A program made the translations under genes and the position numbers. Shown in pieces: positions 1 to 10,308 of a stretch of DNA of 32,000 nucleotides. The stretch covers positions 570,001 to 602,000 of the forward strand of contig BX248583.1 in NCBI GenBank assembly GCA_000043285.1, in the 5' to 3' direction. This DNA is from Candidatus Blochmanniella floridana (GTDB lineage Bacteria > Pseudomonadota > Gammaproteobacteria > Enterobacterales > Enterobacteriaceae). Under the pieces are notes generated by a model that was not told the origin of the DNA, ran no database searches, and saw only the letters and a list, made by a program, of their open reading frames with translations. Within the stretch, counting starts at the first letter, position 1, and each line of letters opens with the position of its first letter.

Positions 1-464
1 ACAAATGGTATACTTGTAAAAGTCATTGCAATAGCAACTCCTATCCATGTATACGATACTGTAATTCCCATACCAGCCAACCACTTACCATACCAACCAC
101 ATTCTGAAAATAAAGTTGATAAAGTCAATCCTGCAACAGCAGTAGGTAATGCAAAAGGCAAATCTATTATAGCATCCAATAATTTCTGACCAGGAAATCG
201 ATATTTAACTAACACCCAAGATACCATCATTCCAAATATTGCATTAAATATAGCAGCTATTCCAGCTGATAAAAAAGTTACTTTATATGCCACTAATAAT
301 GACGGCTCTGTAATAATACTCCAATACTGCATCCAACTTATCTGAGATAATTGTACTATCAACGCACTCAAAGGCAGTAATAATACCAAAGAAATAAATA
401 ACACACTACCACCTAAGGTCACCCCAAATCCTGGCAACCTTTGATGATTATTAATCAATAACAT
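1..464 (-). CDS. cysU: Sulfate/thiosulfate ABC transporter permease CysU (CysT), 5' part only; the gene continues past the left window edge
   Basis: Minus-strand translation from the ATG (cat at 462-464) reads MLLINNHQRLPGFGVTLGGSVLFISLVLLLPLSALIVQLSQISWMQYWSIITEPSLLVAYKVTFLSAGIAAIFNAIFGMMVSWVLVKYRFPGQKLLDAIIDLPFALPTAVAGLTLSTLFSE... This is collinear with the E. coli CysU N-terminus (recalled). It starts 4 nt after the cysP stop, as in a cysPU operon. It is not in the ORF track because it is cut by the window edge. Confidence 0.85.
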   Translation of the reverse strand, partial: MLLINNHQRLPGFGVTLGGSVLFISLVLLLPLSALIVQLSQISWMQYWSIITEPSLLVAYKVTFLSAGIAAIFNAIFGMMVSWVLVKYRFPGQKLLDAIIDLPFALPTAVAGLTLSTLFSECGWYGKWLAGMGITVSYTWIGVAIAMTFTSIPF

Positions 465-468
465 TATT

Positions 469-1515
469 TTAGTATTGTCCTATAGATGATAATAAATAAT
501 CTAGTTCTCCACCACGCTGAAAATGAATCTTCATGATATTACTCCAACTTTCCTTATATTGTTCTTCTACTTTAAATAATTGAATGTCAGAAAATATATT
601 GAAATTCGTATCTATAACACCAGCTGTATCTATAACACGATAACCAAATTTATTTATAATTTTTTTTGCTTCATCAGTATAAAGATATTGTAAATAAGCT
701 TGAGCTACATTTTTAGTACCATTTTTAATGACATTCTTATCTATCCAAGTAACTGGAAATTCTACTAAAATATTTGGATTAGGTATAATAATTTCATATT
801 TATTTGAACCAAATTGATTTTGTATTAGCTTTGATTCTGATTCAAAATTAATTAATACATCTCCATGATTACGATCTACAAAAGTAGCGGTAGAAGCACG
901 ACCTCCGGTATCAAATACAACCACATTTTTTAAAAATTTTCGCATTTGATTACGAGTATGTTTTATATTTTTACAGTTATCTTGAAAAAAAGCATTCCAA
1001 GCCGCTAAATACGTATATCGACCATTACCAGATGTTTTAGGATTAGGAAAAATTATTTTTACACCTTCTTTAGTAAGATCATTCCAATTATAAATTTCTT
1101 TTGGATTACCTTTCTTGACTAAAAAAGACATTGTTGAAAAAAAAGGAGAACTACGATTAGGTAATCGATCTTGCCAATTTTTAGGTATCAATTTTCCACG
1201 TTCATATAATATTTGTACATCTATAACTTGATTATAAGTTACTACATCCGCTCGTAATCCTTGTAATACAGCCATAGCTTGTCTAGTAGATCCTGCATGA
1301 GATTGTTTAATAATTAATGTATCGTCAGGATGTATGTTTTTCCAATATTCAATAAAATTAAAATTAATTTCTGAAAATAATTCTCTAGATACATCATAGG
1401 AACTATTCAACAAAACAGTACTATATACTACTGCAGATTGCTCAAAACAATATAAAAAAATTATTATTTTTAATATTCGATAAATAATACATGTTATAGT
1501 CATATAAAATTCCAT
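469..1515 (-). CDS. cysP: Periplasmic sulfate/thiosulfate-binding protein
   Basis: 348-codon ORF. Segments LLNSSYDVSRELF, IKQSHAGSTRQAMAVLQGLRADVVTYNQVIDVQIL, IFPNPKTSGNGRYTYLAAW, VFDTGGR and HFQRGGELD match E. coli CysP/Sbp (recalled). The hydrophobic N-terminus is consistent with a signal peptide. It lies directly upstream of cysU. Two in-frame ATGs (at 1515 and 1503) are possible starts. Confidence 0.9.
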   Translation of the reverse strand: MEFYMTITCIIYRILKIIIFLYCFEQSAVVYSTVLLNSSYDVSRELFSEINFNFIEYWKNIHPDDTLIIKQSHAGSTRQAMAVLQGLRADVVTYNQVIDVQILYERGKLIPKNWQDRLPNRSSPFFSTMSFLVKKGNPKEIYNWNDLTKEGVKIIFPNPKTSGNGRYTYLAAWNAFFQDNCKNIKHTRNQMRKFLKNVVVFDTGGRASTATFVDRNHGDVLINFESESKLIQNQFGSNKYEIIIPNPNILVEFPVTWIDKNVIKNGTKNVAQAYLQYLYTDEAKKIINKFGYRVIDTAGVIDTNFNIFSDIQLFKVEEQYKESWSNIMKIHFQRGGELDYLLSSIGQY

Positions 1516-2159
1516 ATATTATAAAATTATTTATCAACAAAAAATACTGCTATTCATTTTGAAATAATATGTAATAGATTACACTTGTAATTTATTACGT
1601 ACTTACAATACCAATGCCTAATTCAATTAAATAAAATAATTCTTATTCATTGAACTCAGTATTAAATACTATATGTACTTATAGTACATTCAAAAAAATA
1701 TACCATAAAGTATATATTCCTTCATAACAGTATTCAAAAAACTACCCTAATTCATCACAACAAAAATACTTTAATACATATAATTATACTAATATAAACT
1801 CAATTATAATATATAAAATGTATTATATACACTTTTCTCTTTATTAAATATAAAAGTATGTTTAATACACTACCATACCATTTGTAATAACACCAAAGAA
1901 TTTACTACAAATTCATATACCAACTATTAAAGCAATTGATTTATAATTATTCTATTATTGAATGTGATAATTTAATTATTTTATTATATAATATTTCCTA
2001 CTAATTAACTAATACTACAAAATTAGATTAATATATGTAAAATCCTCAATCAACTATTTAAAATTATACTCATGATAAATAAAAATCTGATCATCTACTT
2101 AATATATATAAGATAATAATAATTTTCATAGCTAACTAAACACAGTATATACATAAAAT

Positions 2160-2163
2160 GGAG
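2160..2163 (+). promoter_or_regulatory. Shine-Dalgarno-like GGAG 7 nt upstream of the talA ATG
   Basis: aaaatGGAGttaattaATG read directly. G-rich tetramers are rare in the flanking AT-rich spacer. Confidence 0.45.
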
Positions 2164-2170
2164 TTAATTA

Positions 2171-3142
2171 ATGAATCAACTGGACAATTTAAAAAAATTT
2201 TCAAAAATTTCAGCAGATACAGGAGATGTTGACTTGATACGAACTTATCAAATACAACATGCTACTACTAATCCATCTTTAATTTTAAAATCTCCACTAT
2301 TCACCACTTATCTTAAATTATTTAATGATGCTATAGATTATGCCCAAAAAATAGGTGGCAATCAAAATACTAAAATAACTAATGCTAGTGATAGGTTAAT
2401 AGTAAATATTGGCTCTGAAATTCTTGCAAATATTTCAGGATATATTTCCACTGAAATAGATGCTCAATTATCCTTTAATACTGATTTAACAATCAAAAAA
2501 GCACATAAATTAATCACAATGTATCAAAAAAAAAATATTGATACATCTCGAGTATTAATAAAAATTGCTGCTACTTGGGAAGGCATTCAAGCTGCAGAAG
2601 AACTAGAAAAATCTGGGATTAAATGCAATTTAACTCTTGTATTTTCTTTTGCTCAAGCACGTGCATGCGCTGAAAGAAATATATACTTAATCTCACCATT
2701 TATAGGTCGTATTTACGATTGGTATAATCAACGTAACCTAATCAAAACATCTTATATAAATGATGATCCTGGGATACAATCCATAAAAAAAATTTATCAT
2801 TATTATAAAACATATGGCTATAATACTATTATCATGGGAGCTAGTTTTCGTCGACTCGAACAAATCTTAGCTTTATCCGGATGTGATTATTTAACTATAT
2901 CTCCACATTTCTTAAAACAATTATACCAAAATACCAATTCTGTTACACGCCAATTATTTCCTCCTAAAACCATAATTTCACACCACATTCCTGTTCTTGA
3001 TCAATCAGAATTTTTTCAAGAACATAATAAAAATCAAATGGCAGTTGAAAAATTAAATGAAGGTATTCAACAATTTTCTATAGATCAACAAAAATTACAT
3101 AAACTTTTATTAAATAATTTAAATGTTCAATTACAAAAATAA
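2171..3142 (+). CDS. talA: Transaldolase
   Basis: 323 aa. MNQLDNLKKF..ADTGD..HATTNPSLIL..STEIDAQLSF..VLIKIAATWEGIQAAEELEKSGIKCNLTLVFSFAQARACAE..ISPFIGRIYDWY..MGASFRRLEQILALSGCD..MAVEKLNEGIQQFSIDQQKL. This is closest to my recollection of E. coli TalA, and the Schiff-base Lys context is kept. It is followed by tkt, as in talA-tktB. Confidence 0.93.
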   Translation: MNQLDNLKKFSKISADTGDVDLIRTYQIQHATTNPSLILKSPLFTTYLKLFNDAIDYAQKIGGNQNTKITNASDRLIVNIGSEILANISGYISTEIDAQLSFNTDLTIKKAHKLITMYQKKNIDTSRVLIKIAATWEGIQAAEELEKSGIKCNLTLVFSFAQARACAERNIYLISPFIGRIYDWYNQRNLIKTSYINDDPGIQSIKKIYHYYKTYGYNTIIMGASFRRLEQILALSGCDYLTISPHFLKQLYQNTNSVTRQLFPPKTIISHHIPVLDQSEFFQEHNKNQMAVEKLNEGIQQFSIDQQKLHKLLLNNLNVQLQK

Positions 3143-3144
3143 TT

Positions 3145-3149
3145 AAGGA
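3145..3149 (+). promoter_or_regulatory. Shine-Dalgarno-like AAGGA 6 nt upstream of the tkt ATG
   Basis: taattAAGGAatacttATG lies in the 13-nt talA-tkt spacer, which implies co-transcription and coupled translation. Confidence 0.5.
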
Positions 3150-3155
3150 ATACTT

Positions 3156-5150
3156 ATGTTACATGAACAAATGTTAGCTAATGCTATACGCATTTTAAGT
3201 ATAGACTGTATACAACATGCTAATTCTGGACATCCAGGAGCTCCTATGGGAATGGCAGATATTGCTGAAGTTTTATGGAGAGAGTACATGAATCATAACC
3301 CCAAAAATCCAAACTGGATAAACCGAGATAGATTCATTTTATCTAACGGCCACGCTTCCATGTTACTATATAGTATTTTACATCTTACTGGATATAAAAT
3401 ATCCATAGAAGATTTAAAAAATTTTAGGCAACTACATTCTAAAACACCTGGCCATCCAGAATATAAACACACTGATGGAGTGGAAGTAACTACAGGTCCA
3501 TTAGGACAAGGCTTAGCTAATGCTGTAGGATTTGCCATCGCCGAACGAACTTTAGCAAATCAATTTAACCGCCCGTTATTCAACATAATTGATCATTATA
3601 CTTATGTTTTCGTTGGAGATGGTTGTATGATGGAAGGAATATCACACGAATCTTGTTCATTAGCAGGAACAATGAAATTAAATAAATTGATTGTTTTATA
3701 TGATAAAAACGGAATTTCCATAGACGGATCTGTTGAAGAATGGTTTTCTGATAACACTGCAGCAAGATTTGAATCTTATGGGTGGCATGTCATACCTGAT
3801 GTAGATGGTCATAACAGAAAATCTATTAACATCGCAATCAACCAAGCAAAATCTATATTAAATAAACCGTCTTTAATAATTTTTAAAACTATTATAGCCT
3901 TTGGCTCTCCTAATAAAAGTGGCCAATCTTGTACTCATGGATCTCCTTTGGGAACATCAGAAATTTTAGCTACCCGCAATAAGTTATGTTGGAATGAACA
4001 AACACCATTCCTTATTCCACAAAAAATATATAAATTATGGGATGCCACAATAATAGGACAACAAAAAGAGAATATATGGAACCAAATGTTTCTTCAATAT
4101 CAAAAAACTTATCCTGATTTAGCTCAAGAACTTACAAGACGTGTACAATGCAAATTACCTATTTACTGGAACACAAAAATCCAAAAACTTATCAAACAAT
4201 TAAGTACCAATCCTCAAAATATTGCCACTCGCCAATCTTCACAAATTGTTATCGAATATATTTCTAAATATTTACCTGAACTATTAGGAGGATCAGCAGA
4301 TTTAACTTCTAGCAATTTGACAACTTATTCACAGTCTTCTTCTATTATACAAAATCCTTCTGGCAATTATATTCACTATGGTGTACGAGAATTCGGAATG
4401 ACTGCTATAGCCAATGGTATATCTGTACATGGAGGTTTTTTACCATATACAGCAACTTTTTTAACATTCAGTGACTATTCAAAAAATGCCATTCGTATGG
4501 CAGCTTTAATGAATAATCGACATATTATGATTTATACTCATGATTCAATCGGATTAGGAGAAGATGGACCTACTCATCAACCTATCGAACAATTATCCAG
4601 TTTACGTATGATACCAAATCTACAGATTTGGAGACCTTGCGATCAAATAGAAACAGTAATTGCTTGGAAAACAGCTATCGAAAATACAGGACCAACTGTT
4701 TTAATATTAACTAGACAAACACTAAAACAACAAAAAAACACAATCATAAATATGACAAATATCTCTAAAGGAGGATATATATTACAAGATTGTTACAACA
4801 CTCCTGAATTAATAATCATTGCTACTGGATCAGAAATAGAACTTGCGGTAAATATATATCATCAATTAACTAATGAAGGATATAAAATACGTATCGTTTC
4901 TATGCCTTGCACTAATATATTTGACCAACAAAATGCAACCTATCGCGAACAAGTACTACCACAAACAGTAACTAAACGATTAGCTATCGAAGCTGGTCAC
5001 AGCGATTTATGGTATAAATATGTTGGATTACATGGCAAGGTTATTGGTATAAACACTTTTGGCAAATCTGCTCCAGCACATGATCTATTTAATTTTTTCG
5101 GTTTTACGAAAAATCATATTTTACAAGAAATCAATATATTATTACAATAA
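3156..5150 (+). CDS. tktB: Transketolase
   Basis: 664 aa. [93 protein letters not shown] and [20 protein letters not shown] are all canonical transketolase blocks. The paralogue assignment rests only on its position after talA. Confidence 0.95.
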   Translation: MLHEQMLANAIRILSIDCIQHANSGHPGAPMGMADIAEVLWREYMNHNPKNPNWINRDRFILSNGHASMLLYSILHLTGYKISIEDLKNFRQLHSKTPGHPEYKHTDGVEVTTGPLGQGLANAVGFAIAERTLANQFNRPLFNIIDHYTYVFVGDGCMMEGISHESCSLAGTMKLNKLIVLYDKNGISIDGSVEEWFSDNTAARFESYGWHVIPDVDGHNRKSINIAINQAKSILNKPSLIIFKTIIAFGSPNKSGQSCTHGSPLGTSEILATRNKLCWNEQTPFLIPQKIYKLWDATIIGQQKENIWNQMFLQYQKTYPDLAQELTRRVQCKLPIYWNTKIQKLIKQLSTNPQNIATRQSSQIVIEYISKYLPELLGGSADLTSSNLTTYSQSSSIIQNPSGNYIHYGVREFGMTAIANGISVHGGFLPYTATFLTFSDYSKNAIRMAALMNNRHIMIYTHDSIGLGEDGPTHQPIEQLSSLRMIPNLQIWRPCDQIETVIAWKTAIENTGPTVLILTRQTLKQQKNTIINMTNISKGGYILQDCYNTPELIIIATGSEIELAVNIYHQLTNEGYKIRIVSMPCTNIFDQQNATYREQVLPQTVTKRLAIEAGHSDLWYKYVGLHGKVIGINTFGKSAPAHDLFNFFGFTKNHILQEINILLQ

Positions 5151-5232
5151 TATATTAATGCAATAATCAATATAATTAATTTAAAAATAATTAACTAATC
5201 CATTAAAATAATTTCATAAACAATATCAATAC

Positions 5233-6387
5233 ATGATTAATGATTTGATAACATTAACTCAACAATTAATACGTCAACCATCTATTACTCCAAATGATTG
5301 TAATTGCCAAAAAATTATTACTGATTACTTAAAATCATTGCAATTCAACATAGAACCTATGAATTCTAGTAATACGTCTAATATTTGGGCTTACCGTTAT
5401 GGATATGATCAAAAAAAATATACAACATTATTATTTGCGGGACATACAGATGTAGTACCTCCTGGTGATATTCACAATTGGCAATATCCGCCTTTTTCTG
5501 GGACCGTACATAATAACATAATATATGGTCGAGGATCATCTGATATGAAAGGAGCATTAGCTGCTATGTTAGTAGCCACCAAATCTTTTATTCAAAAATA
5601 TCCAAAACATAAAAATAGAATAGCATTTATAATTACCTCTGACGAAGAAGGATCTGGAATTCATGGCACAAAAAAAATCATAAAATCCCTAATTCATAGA
5701 CATGAACACATTAATTATTGCATAATTGGGGAACCATCTAGTAACAATAAAATAGGTGATGTAATTAAAAATGGTAGAAGAGGATCTTGTACAGGTAAAT
5801 TAGTAATACATGGATCACAAGGACATGTAGCATATCCACAATTTCTAAAAAATCCAATACATTTAGCGATTCCAATATTATCGAAATTACTTAATACTAT
5901 GTGGGATCAACACAAAAGTACACTCTTTCCTGATACTTCTATTCAAATTACTCATCTTCATACTATACCTATAAATTATTCTACAAATAATATTACACCA
6001 GAACAATTAATATTAAACTTTAATTTTCGTTTTAATGACCAATCTACTATGCACAGTATTCACAATAACATAAATAAAATATTATCTAATTATCACGTAA
6101 CCTATCATTTACATTGGGAATCAAAATCAGAACCATATTTTAGCGCTCCAGGAAAATTGGTTAATATTATTATTGATATCATTAAAAAATATTACAACAT
6201 CACTCCTCAATTAAACACAACTGGAGGTACTTCTGATGGTCGCTTTATAATACAAACAGGAGCAGAAATTATAGAATTAGGAGCACTCAACAATACTATT
6301 CATAAAGTTAATGAATGTATTGATTTAGTAGATTTAAAATCATTAAGTCATATTTATTTTAAAATTATGGAAAAAATATTGTTATAG
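5233..6387 (+). CDS. dapE: Succinyl-diaminopimelate desuccinylase
   Basis: 384 aa. LTQQLIRQPSITPND, FAGHTDVVPPGD, GRGSSDMKGALAAM, ITSDEEG, GEPSS..GDVIKNGRRGS, GSQGHVAYP and TTGGTSDGRF..IHKVNEC are collinear with E. coli DapE (recalled). Confidence 0.93.
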   Translation: MINDLITLTQQLIRQPSITPNDCNCQKIITDYLKSLQFNIEPMNSSNTSNIWAYRYGYDQKKYTTLLFAGHTDVVPPGDIHNWQYPPFSGTVHNNIIYGRGSSDMKGALAAMLVATKSFIQKYPKHKNRIAFIITSDEEGSGIHGTKKIIKSLIHRHEHINYCIIGEPSSNNKIGDVIKNGRRGSCTGKLVIHGSQGHVAYPQFLKNPIHLAIPILSKLLNTMWDQHKSTLFPDTSIQITHLHTIPINYSTNNITPEQLILNFNFRFNDQSTMHSIHNNINKILSNYHVTYHLHWESKSEPYFSAPGKLVNIIIDIIKKYYNITPQLNTTGGTSDGRFIIQTGAEIIELGALNNTIHKVNECIDLVDLKSLSHIYFKIMEKILL

Positions 6388-6538
6388 TATTATCACATTA
6401 TCTATAAATCAATCTAAAAATATAGTATAATGAATAAAATAATTATTTTTAAATTATTAATCTGAATATATATAAAATATGTTATGTATAAACTTAAAAA
6501 TATCTAAGTACATTGCATATTGTTCTATACACAAATAA

Positions 6539-6898
6539 TTACTCTGAATCAACATTAATTAAACACGATTCACCAAATTCATTTTTAAATATTCTTGGAG
6601 GACATATATTTAAATTAATATCATTTTGTTTAAAATTATTATTAATACTCACAATAGAATCAATAGATGGAATAATATAATCAGTATATGAAATAGGTAA
6701 ATAAATATATGAGTGTTTTAAAGTCTTCAGAGTGTATAAATAAGAATTAGTAACATAATTTAAATATTTTAAATTATCACTTCTATTTACTGAACAATAA
6801 TGTGTTTGATTACGTAATACGTAATTAGTACATGATGTTGATAATAAAACATAAAATAATCCTAATATAAATACCCGTAATATATACGAATCATACAT
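6539..6898 (-). CDS. bamC: Truncated BamC (NlpB) outer-membrane assembly lipoprotein: signal peptide, lipobox-like Cys and the N-terminal BamD-binding segment only
   Basis: 119 aa lying directly downstream of dapA, as bamC does in E. coli. It has a hydrophobic N-terminus ending in LLSTSC. LPISYTDYIIPSID...INLNICPPRIF aligns with E. coli BamC LPVTSGDYAIPVTNG...ALDIRPPAQP (recalled). E. coli BamC is about 344 aa, and nothing corresponding to its two globular domains follows. Confidence 0.6.
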   Translation of the reverse strand: MYDSYILRVFILGLFYVLLSTSCTNYVLRNQTHYCSVNRSDNLKYLNYVTNSYLYTLKTLKHSYIYLPISYTDYIIPSIDSIVSINNNFKQNDINLNICPPRIFKNEFGESCLINVDSE

Positions 6899-6980
6899 AT
6901 TTTTCTATCTCCATTTCAATTCCTATAATGCGTTAAATCATACAAATATATAATACATTATCACTCACTCCATTACTGAA

Positions 6981-7859
6981 TTATAATAAATCAGCATCCT
7001 CTAATGCTTTTCTAATCAACACACTATGCTCCTTAGATATAGAAGTCATAGGTAATCGAAGGGTATCATATGATATTAACCCTAATTCTTTACATGCCCA
7101 TTTTACGGGAATAGGATTAGAATCAAAAAATAAAGATTGATGTACTGGAATTAAACGATTATTAATATCATATGCACTTTTAAAATCATTTTTTTGTACA
7201 AAACTACACAGAGTTGACATATCTTTTGGAGCCACATTCGCGGTTACAGAAATGACTCCATGACCTCCAAGTCTCATAAAATCCACAGCACTTATATCAT
7301 CCCCACTCAATAAAATAAAATCCTCATTCACTAGCCGTTTTAACTGATTAACCCTATTTAAATTCCCAGTAGCCTCTTTAATTCCAACTATATTTTTTAT
7401 TGTTGATAAACGACCTACAGTAATAGGTAATAAATCACAACCTGTACGTATAGGGACATTATATAATATTTGAGGTAAATTTGTACTTTCCGCAATAGCT
7501 CTAAAATGCTGAAACAAACCTTCTTGACTTGGTCTATTATAATAAGGAGTTACACTTAAACATGCTGATACAGCGCTATCATTAAACTGATTAGTTAATA
7601 AGATTGCTTCTGATGTTGAATTCGATCCAGTTCCAGCAATTACTGGCAATCTTCCATCACTAAATTCTATAGTCCACATCACTACATCAACATGTTCAGA
7701 ATGAGTAAGTCCAGACATTTCTCCCGTAGTCCCGACGGAAACAATAGCTGATGTACCATTATCGACATGATAATCTACCAATTTTTTTAAACCCATTCGA
7801 TCTATAGAACCTTTTGAATCCATAGGTGTAATCAATGCTACTATACTACCCGTAAACAT
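6981..7859 (-). CDS. dapA: 4-hydroxy-tetrahydrodipicolinate synthase
   Basis: 292 aa. [72 protein letters not shown] (catalytic Lys) and [14 protein letters not shown] are near-identical blocks to E. coli DapA. Confidence 0.96.
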
Positions 7860-8328
7860 GAATTATTATCTCCACATTACAAATCTACAATCAAATTAAT
7901 ACCTTTTACTATAATACATTAATAATACAATAAACATTCATATTAAACTAATCAAAACTATTGATAAAATAATACACAATTTAAAAGACGCTTCCATAAT
8001 ATAGTAGTAATTTATATCAATAAAAATCAACTTGCACTGAAATATTAATTACATTTATAATAATAAAAATGATTATTTTTATATTATTTCATAATATAAA
8101 ACATGAACTATTAATATTAGGCCTATTTTAAATTAATTAAATATTGTTTTCATTATATTTTTTGTTAAATAAGTTATTTATTTTTAAGCAATCATATTGA
8201 CTATTAAAAATACTACAAATAATTTATTAATTTAAGTTTAATTTATTGAAATATATACATAAATCATTAACTAAATTAATGACATTTAAAATAGACAAAT
8301 TCACTATAAATTGCTAGTTATTTATATT

Positions 8329-8332
8329 AGGA
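8329..8332 (+). promoter_or_regulatory. Shine-Dalgarno-like AGGA 7 nt upstream of the bcp ATG
   Basis: tattAGGAtattactATG read directly. Confidence 0.4.
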
Positions 8333-8339
8333 TATTACT

Positions 8340-8819
8340 ATGACATTACTAAAACCTGGCGATAAAATACCATCTTTTAATTTACCTGATCAAGACGGAG
8401 TTCACACTCATTCTTCTATTTTTTTGGGAAAAAAAATATTAATTTATTTTTATCCAAAAGCTATGACTCCAGGATGCACCGCTCAAGCTTGTACATTACG
8501 AGATAACATGAATATTTTTAAAAAATTAAAAATTACAATAATCGGAATCAGCTCAGATAAACCAGAAAAATTATTAGCTTTTTCTGAAAAAGAAATGTTA
8601 AATTTTTCTCTATTATCAGATTTAAATCATCAAATTTCTAATCAATTTGGAGTGTGGGGAGAAAAAAAATTCATGGGAAAAACATATCAAGGAATCCATC
8701 GAGTTAGTTTTTTAATAAATACAGAAAATATTATAATTCAAGTATTTAAAAACTTTAAACCTAATGACCACTGTCGAATGATACTAAATTATCTTAACAA
8801 AACATCTATAATAATATAA
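8340..8819 (+). CDS. bcp: Thiol peroxidase / peroxiredoxin Bcp
   Basis: 159 aa. LPDQDG, YFYPKAMTPGCTAQAC (peroxidatic and resolving Cys), ISSDKPEKL, NFSLLSD and FGVWGEKKFMGKTYQGIHRVSFLI are collinear with E. coli Bcp. Confidence 0.93.
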   Translation: MTLLKPGDKIPSFNLPDQDGVHTHSSIFLGKKILIYFYPKAMTPGCTAQACTLRDNMNIFKKLKITIIGISSDKPEKLLAFSEKEMLNFSLLSDLNHQISNQFGVWGEKKFMGKTYQGIHRVSFLINTENIIIQVFKNFKPNDHCRMILNYLNKTSIII

Positions 8820-8883
8820 CTCTTATTTTTTATATATTATATAAAAATATATAAACATAAAACCCAATTCATTCACAACTAAT

Positions 8884-9510
8884 TTATTTTGTTCCAAAAA
8901 TTTTATCTCCAGCATCACCTAACCCTGGAATAATATAGCCATATTTATTTAATTTTTGATCAATAGAAGCTAAATATAATTCAACATCTGGATGTTTTTT
9001 TTCTAAAGCAGCAATACCTTCCGGAGCAGCTACTAAAGATAAAATCTTTATATTATGACACCCTGCTTTTTTTAATAAATCAACAGTAGCAATTACTGTT
9101 CCACCAGTAGCTAACATTGGATCTAACACCATAGCCATGCGTTCATTTATTCTAGATACTAATTTATGAAAATAAGGTATCGGCTCTAAAGTAATTTCAT
9201 CTCTATATACTCCTATCATACTAATACGTGCACTAGGTACATGTTCTAACACACCATCCATCATACCTAAACCAGCTCTTAAAATAGGAACAACCGTTAT
9301 CTTTTTTCCTTTAATACGAGCAATTTTAACTAATCCATTCCAACCTTTAATGATTACAGTTTCTATTTCTAAATCATCAGTAGCCACATAAGTTAATAAA
9401 CTACTTAACTCGGAAGATAATTCTCTAAAACGCTTAGTACTAATATCATTGATGCGCATTAAACCTAATTTATGTTGCACCAAAGGATGTCTAATTTCAA
9501 TTATTTTCAT
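8884..9510 (-). CDS. upp: Uracil phosphoribosyltransferase
   Basis: 208 aa. [43 protein letters not shown] (PRPP motif) and [17 protein letters not shown] are near-identical to E. coli Upp. Confidence 0.96.
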   Translation of the reverse strand: MKIIEIRHPLVQHKLGLMRINDISTKRFRELSSELSSLLTYVATDDLEIETVIIKGWNGLVKIARIKGKKITVVPILRAGLGMMDGVLEHVPSARISMIGVYRDEITLEPIPYFHKLVSRINERMAMVLDPMLATGGTVIATVDLLKKAGCHNIKILSLVAAPEGIAALEKKHPDVELYLASIDQKLNKYGYIIPGLGDAGDKIFGTK

Positions 9511-10001
9511 ACTATCTTATCCCTGATAAACGCATCGTATAATAAATTTTACAATTTAATATATATTCCAATCATATTTTATTATGATATACTCAATAAT
9601 CAAAAAAATAATACTAGTTCTCCATTTTTATTACGTATTAATACTAAATTATATAATAGTTTTAAACTTTCATTAAATATATAAAATGCAATCGTTTTTC
9701 ATTTTCAAATATAATTTCAATTATTATACGCTCAGTATCCTAAAATAATAGATAAATAATATTAAATTATTGGTATTACTCTGAAATACATAATAGCGTT
9801 ACATATAATATCAATTACCATACATAATAACATCATTTTAATATAACATTATTAAATAAATGAATTACAGCATTAAATTACCAACTTTACTATATTACTA
9901 AAATACATTTTAATTATTTGATAATAAACAGTATCATTTTTTTTATAAAAAAACTATATTTCATTATACCTATTCCGATCTATAGTTACGTTGTATATAT
10001 A

Positions 10002-10184
10002 ATGAAAAAAACAAAATCAAAAACTAGAATCACAACAGGAGTATTATTAATTAGTTTCATTGTATTATTAATTAGACTAATTTTATCTTTTATACAAGCT
10101 TGGGACCACTGCAAAAAAAACACAACTCATTTTAACGCTATTCAAATATTAATTGAAAAAACCAAAATCATATTTTTTAAGTAA
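10002..10184 (+). CDS. Hypothetical small single-pass membrane protein (60 aa from the ATG at 10002; the ORF track shows a longer TTG-initiated reading, 9918..10184)
   Basis: It is the only open frame in the 798-nt upp/ureG spacer. MKKTKSKTRITTGVLLISFIVLLIRLILSFIQAWDHCKKNTTHFNAIQILIEKTKIIFFK has a basic N-terminus, one roughly 20-residue hydrophobic helix and a charged tail. I recognise no homologue and see no clear SD. An open frame of this length can arise by chance in a window this size. Confidence 0.2.
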   Translation: MKKTKSKTRITTGVLLISFIVLLIRLILSFIQAWDHCKKNTTHFNAIQILIEKTKIIFFK

Positions 10185-10308
10185 AAACATAAACACATTC
10201 TTTTTATTAAATAATAACTATACAAAAACACCTATTTAGGTCCATATAAACATAAAATACAAATATTAAAAGATTATATATACCCAATACGTTGCAACTT
10301 AGATTTCA

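Noticed and set aside
3293-3765. Two minus-strand ORFs (3293..3538, 81 aa; 3580..3765, 61 aa) inside tkt
   Set aside because: They are antisense to a strongly conserved transketolase reading frame. The peptides are low-complexity with no recognisable similarity. They are typical shadow ORFs.
8827-8847. Perfect 21-nt palindrome tttttatatattatataaaaa between convergent bcp and upp, considered as a terminator
   Set aside because: It consists only of A:T pairs in (TA)n-like low-complexity sequence. Such palindromes are expected by chance at this base composition and would form a very weak hairpin.
9472-9684. 70-aa plus-strand ORF overlapping the upp start
   Set aside because: It begins antisense inside upp and runs into AT-rich spacer. 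It is an Asn/Ile/Tyr-rich low-complexity peptide with no SD and no similarity.
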